Positions 23,035 to 30,884 of a DNA stretch of 64,000 nt are shown one piece after another (the stretch's first letter is position 1; every line of letters starts with the position of its first letter). The stretch is from positions 256,001 through 320,000 of the forward strand of contig CAXXYE010000007.1 in assembly GCA_963674865.2 (NCBI GenBank). The letters are read 5' to 3'. A program made the translations under genes and the position numbers. Origin of the DNA: Candidatus Hydrogenedentota bacterium. GTDB lineage: Bacteria; Hydrogenedentota; Hydrogenedentia; Hydrogenedentales; SLHB01. The notes beneath the pieces are model-generated. The model did no database searches, was not told the origin of the DNA, and saw only the letters and a program-made list of their open reading frames with translations.

Positions 23035-24264
23035 CTACATGCCCTTGCGAAGCAGCGATGCGCCGATAGCGCCCAAGAACGCCACGCCGGCCGCGAGTAG
23101 GAACGCCGGCGACAGGGACCCGAAGGCGTCCGCCAATGCCCCGGCGACGCTCGGGCCGGCGGCTTGTCCGATGCCGAAGAAGAGCGTGATGAAGCCGAGA
23201 CCCGCCGGCGCGAGCCGCGAGCCAAGCACGTCTCCGCATGTGGCCGCCATGATGGCGGGAATGCTCCATGCCGTAAGCCCGAAGAGGACGGCGGAGATGG
23301 TATACCCGGCGGAGGTCGGCCACAGGGCAAAAAGAGCGAACGCCATGGTGTGGATCACATATACGATGATCAGGGCGCGTTTTCGCCCGATGACATCCGA
23401 GATCGTTCCCCAAATAAGGCCGCAAACCAGGCTGAACCAGCCCATCGTCATGAACAAGCCGCCCGCCGCCTGCTGCGTGTACCCGCCGTCGGCCATGAGG
23501 GCCTTCACAAAGAACGTCATGTAAATGATATACGAGAAGCCGAAGGCGACGTAAACAAGGCCCAGGTGCCAGACGGCGAACGAGCGATAGACGCTTCCCC
23601 ACTTGAGCGACGTGCCCTTCCGGGCGGGCTGAGGCTCATCTGAGCCCGAGCCGAGAGGTGACAGCCCCACATCCGAAGGCCGGTTGCGGAGCAGCAGCAG
23701 GCCCGCCGCGGCCAGTAGCAGCGTCACCACGCCGAACGCGCCCCAGCACATGCGCCACCCGCCGTCGCCGTAGGCCGACAGCACCCGCGGCACGATAGGG
23801 CCTACGAAGATAATGGCCACCGACGAGCCCGCCACGGCGATTCCCGCCGCCAGTCCGCGCCGCTTCGGCGCGAACCAAGCCGCCATCAGCCCCATCACGG
23901 GCACATTGCTCGCCCCGCTGCCGACGCCGGCCAGCGCGCGCCATACCGCCACCGACGCGAAGCTGTTGGCAAGTGCCGTCAGGATCATGGCGCCCCCGGC
24001 CAATCCCAGCCCGGCCGTGATGACCGCCCGCGGGCCGTAGCGTGAGGCCAGGGCCCCGCCGATGACGGACAGGGCCAGATAACCTACCAGATTCGCCGTC
24101 GCCAGTGCCCCCGCCTGCGTGTTGTCCATCTCCAGGGACGTCTGCATCGCGGGAAGCAGCACGCTATACGCGAACCGTGCCAACCCAAGCGAGCCGAACA
24201 CGACCAGCGTGCCCATGACAAGCACGATCCAAGCATAATGCAGACTGCGGCGCTCAGCGGTCAT
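23035..24264 (-). CDS. MFS transporter (YbfB/YjiJ-like)
   Basis: About 12 hydrophobic segments; GLARFAYSVLLP; GTISDVIGRK. Confidence 0.9.
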   Translation of the reverse strand: MTAERRSLHYAWIVLVMGTLVVFGSLGLARFAYSVLLPAMQTSLEMDNTQAGALATANLVGYLALSVIGGALASRYGPRAVITAGLGLAGGAMILTALANSFASVAVWRALAGVGSGASNVPVMGLMAAWFAPKRRGLAAGIAVAGSSVAIIFVGPIVPRVLSAYGDGGWRMCWGAFGVVTLLLAAAGLLLLRNRPSDVGLSPLGSGSDEPQPARKGTSLKWGSVYRSFAVWHLGLVYVAFGFSYIIYMTFFVKALMADGGYTQQAAGGLFMTMGWFSLVCGLIWGTISDVIGRKRALIIVYVIHTMAFALFALWPTSAGYTISAVLFGLTAWSIPAIMAATCGDVLGSRLAPAGLGFITLFFGIGQAAGPSVAGALADAFGSLSPAFLLAAGVAFLGAIGASLLRKGM

Positions 24265-24318
24265 GACGGCTGTCCCTCCTTCCGCGATGATGCAACTCGT
24301 TTCCGCCGGAAACGCAGA

Positions 24319-24819
24319 CTAGCCCATCCCGTAAAGGTGTCCGGTATTAACCTCGATGCCCAGAAGCTTCAAATAGGCGAAAAGCATGGCCTTGTGATTG
24401 ATTTGGTGTTCAACCATCTGGAGAAGCTGGGCCCAGAGGGGGAGGGGCGTCGGATTCCAGGGAGCCGGCACCATCCGGCCGCGAAAATCATCCTCGGACA
24501 GTTCCGCGAGGAGGTTTGCCGTAAGCGAGCGATCCTCATCCAGCTTCTCAAGCGCTTCCGCCACACTGCTCACCGACGGCATCTTCTCCGTTTGCGGAAG
24601 CATCTCTTCCCCCGGCATCTCAGGCCACTGGCCCGTGATGAACCCGTTCATACAGACTCCCGTCGCGTTCGTAAGATGGGCGAGCAACTGGCCCGTGGTC
24701 ATCCAATTATTCGCGTCCGAAGGACGCCAACCTAGCTTGTCCTCTGGAACCAGCCTCATCAAACCCGCTGTCGCCTGGTAGACGTGGTCGGTATACATCG
24801 CGAGCCCCTTGGTGTCCAT
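24319..24819 (-). CDS. DinB family protein
   Basis: GQLLAH...EHQINHKAMLFAYLKLLG His triad; RBS aaggag. Confidence 0.85.
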   Translation of the reverse strand: MDTKGLAMYTDHVYQATAGLMRLVPEDKLGWRPSDANNWMTTGQLLAHLTNATGVCMNGFITGQWPEMPGEEMLPQTEKMPSVSSVAEALEKLDEDRSLTANLLAELSEDDFRGRMVPAPWNPTPLPLWAQLLQMVEHQINHKAMLFAYLKLLGIEVNTGHLYGMG

Positions 24820-24980
24820 GTTCGCTCCTTTCCGGTTGGCAACCTTTTCGCTTCCCCAGCGAGTCGTCTCCCCCGGGGACGTGAACAACCTGCCGCCCAT
24901 CACACTGCCCCAAAGCCCAGCAAGTCTCGCGAGAGACTGAATAGTAGCACAATGCATCCCGTGAAACGGGAGAAGAGGCT

Positions 24981-25730
24981 CTACTCCGCCATCAGTTCTC
25001 GGACCATCTGCTCGTGCTTATTGAGGAAGTGTTTCATGTCGCGGTAGTGCTCGGTATCCGTGTAGGCAACCTGTGTGATGCCTTCTTCGGCAATCGCATG
25101 GATCGCCGCTTCCGGGTAGGCCATGATGATGGGGGAGTGTGTGGCGATGATGAACTGGGATTCCGCACGGACGAGCTGGTGTATCCTTGCAAGAACGGCC
25201 ATCTGTCGACTCGGAGACAAAGCGGCCTCCGGCTCGTCCAGAATGTAGAGGCCCTGCCCGCCGAACCGCTGCGTCATGAGGGACAGGAAAGACTCTCCAT
25301 GTGACTGCTCGTGCAGCGATACCCCGCCGTAGGACTCGATGATTTTCGGACCTCCGCCCTGTTCCCTATCGAGTCTCTCGATCTCGGTGGCCACGTTGAA
25401 AAAACTCTCCGCCCGAAGGAAATAGCCGTCTCTAGGGCGCCGAGCCGACCGTGACAGCCGAAGATACTCGTGCAAGGCCGAGTGCGAGGCCCGGGTGCTG
25501 AAGGCGAAGTTCCTCCCCCCGCCCTCTGGGTTGAAGCCGGCGGCCGCTGCAATGGCCTCCAGTAAGGTAGACTTGCCGGACCCGTTCTCGCCGATGATGA
25601 ACGTCACGGCGGGATGGAGTGCCAGAGTGTCGAGTCGGCGCACCACCCTCAAGGAGAACGGATACTCCTCAAACGAAGGGATCTTGTCCCGCTTCAGGAT
25701 GATGTCCCGTATGAACGGTGTCGCGTCCAT
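24981..25730 (-). CDS. ABC/AAA_21-type predicted ATPase (COG3910-like)
   Basis: GENGSGKST, SHGESF, YILDEPEAALSP, IIATHSP. Confidence 0.88.
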   Translation of the reverse strand: MDATPFIRDIILKRDKIPSFEEYPFSLRVVRRLDTLALHPAVTFIIGENGSGKSTLLEAIAAAAGFNPEGGGRNFAFSTRASHSALHEYLRLSRSARRPRDGYFLRAESFFNVATEIERLDREQGGGPKIIESYGGVSLHEQSHGESFLSLMTQRFGGQGLYILDEPEAALSPSRQMAVLARIHQLVRAESQFIIATHSPIIMAYPEAAIHAIAEEGITQVAYTDTEHYRDMKHFLNKHEQMVRELMAE

Positions 25731-25804
25731 CGACCCCTTTATCCATGCCTGCTGCTCTTGCCTATGAGGTGCGCTGCACTCACCGGCTCGGCCACCGGCG
25801 GGCA

Positions 25805-26029
25805 TCACCGGCTGTAATGCCTCGCGCGCATGTGGATCTCGCCGCCCACCTCCACGTCCTTGATGCCCCCCGAAGAGTGGCCGGTTGAGGCGCATCCCCA
25901 GCATCCGACCACGACAGCCGCCACGGCCACTACCCCCGCCCATCGGATGAGGCGGCCTCCTGCGGCGGGCCTTCGCCTTTGTGTCACACATTGCCCAGAC
26001 ATTAGACGGAATCTCTCATTCTTCGACAA
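25805..26029 (-). CDS. putative small lipoprotein
   Basis: Basic then hydrophobic segment ending VVGCWGC. It overlaps the upstream stop and shares the orientation of its neighbours. Confidence 0.45.
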   Translation of the reverse strand: MSKNERFRLMSGQCVTQRRRPAAGGRLIRWAGVVAVAAVVVGCWGCASTGHSSGGIKDVEVGGEIHMRARHYSR

Positions 26030-27566
26030 GGTGTGCTACGAATTCAGCCACTATCTCGCCCTGTTCATGCGAGAAAAGCGCTGAAACATCCTTCATCTTC
26101 GCCGTTCGCTCCTGCCACGCTTCGGCCTGTCGCTCAAAGGACTCCGGTGTATGTCCTCTGAGCAGGTGATTTTCGGCCAGCAGGCGGCCTGCCGCCACAA
26201 CCTTCTCCAAGCACCCCTCCACGTCGACTTGCACGTAGAGATTGCCCGGTTCGGGCAGCGCCCGCGCCGCCGGCCCGTCGGCCAAGGTGCGCTCAGCGAC
26301 CTGGCGACTCGAACTGAGCAGCAGCCCCGCGCCGCATCGCACCGCGGTCGGCTCCACTGAAGGCCCGCCCACTGTCGGCATGTGCAGCACGCGTTTCTCA
26401 GCGTCATAAACGACTGCGCCATCGCCCGTGCCGCCCGCCAGCGTCTCGAAGGCCGTATCGAGGTCCACTCCGCTCGCGTCCACCGTGCAGACGATCTCCG
26501 GGACGGGCGCCATCTCGTTGAGGTCCACGCCACACCAGCTTAAGCGCAAGCCCGGGCCGAGTTTGCCCACAAGTCGCGTAAGCGACTGGCTAAGGCCGAC
26601 CTCTTCCCCGGACTCCCAGGCACTCCATTGCTTCTCGCTGAACAACTCGCTCACGAATGCCGCCCCGAGGCATGTCCAGACCTCCCGGACGTGTTTGCCG
26701 GTATTGGCTGAAACGCGCAACACGCCGGGCAGCGGCTCGAGCAATTCCTGCGGCGTGGCCCCGGCCAGCAGGCCGTTTAGCCGTTCAGCCCATCGAGGAT
26801 GCAGCGTTGCGCGGCACTTCAGCCGGGCCTCCTGCCCGTCCATCCGCAAGGCGAACCGCACCGACGACAAGGCCCCATCCAGCGGAAACCCTTCCGCGAA
26901 TTGCACTTTGCCCAAGGCATCGCCGGCGCCCGACTCCGGAAAGGCGCGAGCCAGAGCCTCTTCCCCGACGCAAGCGTCATCCGGGGTGGTAAGGGACTTG
27001 ATCAAGGCGTCCCGTGACGCGCTGGCCACCAGAACGCGCCCCCGCACGGCGTAATACAGGCCCGCCTGCTGTGCCTTGTGGAGGTCGAGGCCGCCGGCGG
27101 CGTCGTGCGTGACGTTCGGGCCCAACCGGCGAAAACGCTCGATCAACACGCCTGTTCGCGTCATTTTCGTCACGAATAAGGCATCTCTTAACGTTTTGAG
27201 GTCATTTCCGGTGAAATACGCATGCCGCCCGATGAGATTGTTCAGGTTCCACTGCGGCAAACCAAGTTGCTCGATGACACGCTCCGGCCCCGCCACGAAG
27301 TCGGCGCCGGCCGGCAGCATTCCCCCAAAGGGCAATGCATCAGGCTCGCGCCATTGCCCCGCCAGGTCGGTTACGCGAACCAAATACTGCTGGTCCGCAG
27401 GCAAGAGCCGGGCGGACGGATACGTGTCCCGTGTGAGCCAACATCCCCCGAGAAAGGCGGCAAACAGGATTGCCAGAATACCCCACCTAAGGCGGCCCCG
27501 CCGGCGACGGACACCTCGCGCCCCGAGGTTCTTCCTGCCTCCGTAGGAGCGTACAGCGTCTGTCAT
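26016..27566 (-). CDS. hypothetical membrane-anchored protein
   Basis: 516-aa ORF with an N-terminal basic+TM segment; ATGA overlap with the upstream gene. Confidence 0.75.
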   Translation of the reverse strand: MTDAVRSYGGRKNLGARGVRRRRGRLRWGILAILFAAFLGGCWLTRDTYPSARLLPADQQYLVRVTDLAGQWREPDALPFGGMLPAGADFVAGPERVIEQLGLPQWNLNNLIGRHAYFTGNDLKTLRDALFVTKMTRTGVLIERFRRLGPNVTHDAAGGLDLHKAQQAGLYYAVRGRVLVASASRDALIKSLTTPDDACVGEEALARAFPESGAGDALGKVQFAEGFPLDGALSSVRFALRMDGQEARLKCRATLHPRWAERLNGLLAGATPQELLEPLPGVLRVSANTGKHVREVWTCLGAAFVSELFSEKQWSAWESGEEVGLSQSLTRLVGKLGPGLRLSWCGVDLNEMAPVPEIVCTVDASGVDLDTAFETLAGGTGDGAVVYDAEKRVLHMPTVGGPSVEPTAVRCGAGLLLSSSRQVAERTLADGPAARALPEPGNLYVQVDVEGCLEKVVAAGRLLAENHLLRGHTPESFERQAEAWQERTAKMKDVSALFSHEQGEIVAEFVAHLVEE

Positions 27567-29860
27567 TGGCTGGACCCCGTCATTTCGACCTTGGTGTACT
27601 CGCCCGGCCTGCCGCTCTCATCTCGATAAGCGATCCAAAGGCGGCGGGCCTTCGGCTCGAACACGACACTGCACTGGGTCGATGCGTTGAAGACCGCCGC
27701 GCCCGGCAGAGCGGCCGTCCCCTCATCCTGGATGGCCTCCTGGATCTCCGCCAAGCCGATGATACGCTCGCTCTCGAAACGCGCTCGTAACTGCTCGCAA
27801 CGAGCCTTGCTGATATCCGCGTGGGAGCCTGCGGCGTCCTCACCGCCCACCAGCATCCCATTCTCCGGGTGTTTCTCCTTGGCCGGTTCTCCTGACGAGA
27901 CAATGCACGTCCCCGGCAGCGAAGCCTGCGCCAGCAACACGCGGTACGCCGCCGTGCTCCCGAGGGCGGCCAACCGAGCCTTGACCTGCTCTATCGTCGT
28001 GTCCTCTTGCAGCGCGTCCCGCAAGGCCAGCGCCGCGGACGTACTCTCCAATCGCTCCGCGCAGACGACAAGGCCCGCGTCATTCATGCCCGATTGGATC
28101 CCCACTTGCCAGGGCGTACCGACGTACATAGACCGGTGTCCCTGCCTCGGGCGCACGGTGAAGACCATGGGGCGCGCCCCGGGGCCGCCGTCCCAATTCA
28201 TGCCGACGAGCACGTCATCGGCGCCTGCCCGATCACCTGCCACGGCGAGCAAGACCCCCGCGGGAGTGGAGGCGTCTTCGGCCTCGCCTCGCGCGAAGTT
28301 CCCGCCGCACTGAAGCAGCCACGCCGCGTCAAACGCTATCCCCGCGCCATCCGCCAGGCCCTCGACCTCCTCCTGGACGCTCGCCGATGCATCGGCGAGT
28401 ATCGGCCGCGCGAGTATGCCCATATAAGGCAAGGCCAGCGGACTGACATCGATGAACGGGGGCACACGGCGCCACCAAGCCTCCGGCGGCGCGAGTTCCC
28501 CGAACGCCACCGGTTCAGCCACTCCACTCTTGAAAGCGTCCTGAATCGTTTCCGCGCACAACGCCCCGCGTGCCCGGCCTACTTCATACGATGTGCCCCG
28601 CAGCCAGGCCAGAGTGCCTCCAGCGACCTCCAGCGATTCGGCTTCGGGATACTCGCGCTCGGCCTCCGGCCTCCCGAGCGTGAAGAGCGTTGCGAATTGC
28701 GTATAGAACCAGTCCTCGATGCCCGGCCCGAAGAAAGACATCGAGCGCGGCCACGTGTCAACCGTGTACGCCCCTCGGGGCGCGAAATCCATCAGGCGGC
28801 CGTTGGCATAGCCCACGCTGAACTGCGCGGCATAGCCCATCGCCAGCGCCCGTTTGCGGAGTTCGAGGGCAGTCTCGGCCCAAGGCCCGCCCGGAAAGAA
28901 GGCTATCGCGAGGTCGCCGATCTCGAGCGTTTGCACGGGGGCCGTGCTCGCAAGAGCATTCGACGCGAGCGTGGGGGGGAGCTGCACGCTCGCCGCGCCC
29001 ACGTGCAGCGTCGGTTCGCCGCACGTGATATCATTCGCAATCTCTTTCACCCGCACGGCGAGCAATTGGCCGATGGACTCCGTACGCGCCCATCCCACCT
29101 TATCCTCCGGATCCGCCGCATCCTGATCGGCCGCCCCGCCGTTCATAAACAGCGCGACGCAACCGGGATTCGCCAGCTTCTCCACGTGATCGCAGAAATA
29201 GCCCGGATAATCCGCCGAGAAGGTGAACTCCTCACCCTTGGGAACCGTGGCGGGCTGGGCCGCGAAGTTCGCGAGGATGGCGAGGGCGTTCCCGTCCGAG
29301 TCATTCACGCGCACCACCCCAATCTGCGGGTCGATGCCCCCCCCCGTACTGAACGCGTTTCTGGACAACACCTGCTGTGTGCCGGTGCCGTAGCCGATGG
29401 CCGCGCGCGTCCGCTTCTCATGCGCGTTGCGCATCGCTTCCGCGACCCCTTGCGCCGTTTTCTCGAGGACCTCCGGCACGAAACGCCCCGAGAAAGCACG
29501 AAATGCCAGGCGGCGGGACATGCCTCCGGGGCCGTTAAGCGTGTGCGTGGCGGTAAGGATGACGTGGACGCCCTGCGTCTGACGCGACACGAGTTCCAGC
29601 ACCCGCGAGCGCAACGCGGGGGGGATGGCCCACAAATCCAGCGAGACAAGGAACACCTTCGTTTGGCCGTCATCGAGATACAGGCAACGGGCCCAGATCG
29701 CGTCGTGAACCGCATCCGCGCCGCGCCCCAGGCGGCCGAAATCGCCATCCAGAGGCGTTCCCACGGGAGGCGTGATGTCCACCTTCGCCGCCCCGGCCTC
29801 GAGAGCGTTCGCATTCGCGCAAAGGCCCAGAACAAGCAGATAAAGGAGAAATTGCTTCAT
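27563..29860 (-). CDS. neutral/alkaline ceramidase-like domain fused to a C45/acid-ceramidase-like Ntn domain (catalytic residues degenerate)
   Basis: AGAAKVDITPP, VHDAIWAR, ATHTLNGPGG, SADYPG; C-terminal GTSYEVG, SGMNDAGLV, SVVFEP. Confidence 0.8.
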   Translation of the reverse strand: MKQFLLYLLVLGLCANANALEAGAAKVDITPPVGTPLDGDFGRLGRGADAVHDAIWARCLYLDDGQTKVFLVSLDLWAIPPALRSRVLELVSRQTQGVHVILTATHTLNGPGGMSRRLAFRAFSGRFVPEVLEKTAQGVAEAMRNAHEKRTRAAIGYGTGTQQVLSRNAFSTGGGIDPQIGVVRVNDSDGNALAILANFAAQPATVPKGEEFTFSADYPGYFCDHVEKLANPGCVALFMNGGAADQDAADPEDKVGWARTESIGQLLAVRVKEIANDITCGEPTLHVGAASVQLPPTLASNALASTAPVQTLEIGDLAIAFFPGGPWAETALELRKRALAMGYAAQFSVGYANGRLMDFAPRGAYTVDTWPRSMSFFGPGIEDWFYTQFATLFTLGRPEAEREYPEAESLEVAGGTLAWLRGTSYEVGRARGALCAETIQDAFKSGVAEPVAFGELAPPEAWWRRVPPFIDVSPLALPYMGILARPILADASASVQEEVEGLADGAGIAFDAAWLLQCGGNFARGEAEDASTPAGVLLAVAGDRAGADDVLVGMNWDGGPGARPMVFTVRPRQGHRSMYVGTPWQVGIQSGMNDAGLVVCAERLESTSAALALRDALQEDTTIEQVKARLAALGSTAAYRVLLAQASLPGTCIVSSGEPAKEKHPENGMLVGGEDAAGSHADISKARCEQLRARFESERIIGLAEIQEAIQDEGTAALPGAAVFNASTQCSVVFEPKARRLWIAYRDESGRPGEYTKVEMTGSSQ

Positions 29861-29980
29861 TGCAATCGAGGATTCTTCCCAGACACGCGCCCACATCGTA
29901 GAGGGAAGTCTACCACAGCCAGGGACGGTGATGGTACCGACTCAGTAGGGCGGATTGTAATCCGCCGGAACGCAGCGCCA

Positions 29981-30055
29981 CCTCCCGGCCGTTGTCCTTG
30001 TGCCGCCGCCATCTTGGCGGCAGTACCGAATTAAGTGTCGTGTCCCCGAGTTTCC
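29981..30055 (+). repeat. 75-bp direct repeat (copy 1)
   Basis: 69/75 identical to 39657-39731; contains the palindrome gccgccatcttggcggc. Confidence 0.9.
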
Positions 30056-30215
30056 CCGAGTTTCCCGCACCGCCGAGTTGCCTGCGCCTCCTCTTCGCGC
30101 GGTTCTCGCATTCCCTCTTGTCAATCATGTCAATCCTGTCCGAAGCTTGCAGTCCCACCGGAAACGGTACGGCGGATTCCAATCCGCCGAGATCCTCTTG
30201 GCCTCCAAGGGACAA

Positions 30216-30224
30216 TGTTATAAT
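30216..30224 (+). promoter_or_regulatory. extended -10 promoter
   Basis: TGtTATAAT lies 32 bp upstream of the start codon at 30257. Confidence 0.55.
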
Positions 30225-30256
30225 CAGTCTGCCTATCGTGATCGGAGGAGAGCCTC

Positions 30257-30706
30257 ATGAACGACCTTCAGCCACGAAGACTCGCATCGGCCGTTGTCCT
30301 GCTCTCACTTCTCACCGGCTGCTTCTTTGTGCACGGTAAGACGGAAGCGCGGAAGACCATCTGTCAGGGCAATCTCAAAGAAATGGGCCTCGTACTCAAG
30401 ATGTATGCCCAAGATCACGACAACGCCCTTCCCGCCCGCCTGTCCGAGTTGTATCCCAATTACCTCGACGACCTCCGAACGCTCGCCTGCCCGAGCACGT
30501 CGAACGCAGGCCCCTTCAGCGGCATGGACCGCAGGACGATGCCGCCCGACGAGATCGATGCCGCCTCGGACTACATCTACATCTCGGGCCTTCGCTGGGA
30601 TCTCCCAGGCGACACCATCGTCATGTTCGATAAGCCCGGCAACCATCCCGACGGCCGTAACGTCCTATTTCTCGACGGCCGCGTCGAATGGCAGCCGGAG
30701 GGGTGA
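30257..30706 (+). CDS. DUF1559-like / H-X9-DG domain protein
   Basis: CQGNLKEMGLVLKMYAQD, LACPS, NHPDGRNVLFLDGRVEW; RBS ggagg. Confidence 0.85.
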   Translation: MNDLQPRRLASAVVLLSLLTGCFFVHGKTEARKTICQGNLKEMGLVLKMYAQDHDNALPARLSELYPNYLDDLRTLACPSTSNAGPFSGMDRRTMPPDEIDAASDYIYISGLRWDLPGDTIVMFDKPGNHPDGRNVLFLDGRVEWQPEG

Positions 30707-30764
30707 TGACATAGCTGCGCTCTGGCCGCCCTTGTGCCCACGGCCTCACTCCTTTCATCAACCC

Positions 30765-30793
30765 TTGACCGCATTCGAGCCGGGGCGTAAACT
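30765..30793 (+). promoter_or_regulatory. sigma70-like promoter
   Basis: TTGACC-17 bp-TAAACT upstream of 30885. Confidence 0.5.
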
Positions 30794-30884
30794 AGATGTG
30801 GGGGTCAACGGACCGTGCGCGGGCAGGTCCAGTTGGCGGCCTCAGGTTGGCCTGGGGCAAAGGAATACCGAGGGAGATCGACTG

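Noticed and set aside
24981..25730. AAA ATPase as part of an anti-phage system
   Set aside because: No partner nuclease or TOPRIM/HNH gene is adjacent; it resembles a common stand-alone ATPase.
28007..30034. 675-aa plus-strand ORF and other long antisense ORFs (e.g. 1075-2271, 19721-20929, 48419-49654)
   Set aside because: These are shadow frames of well-supported genes in GC-rich DNA, with no motifs.
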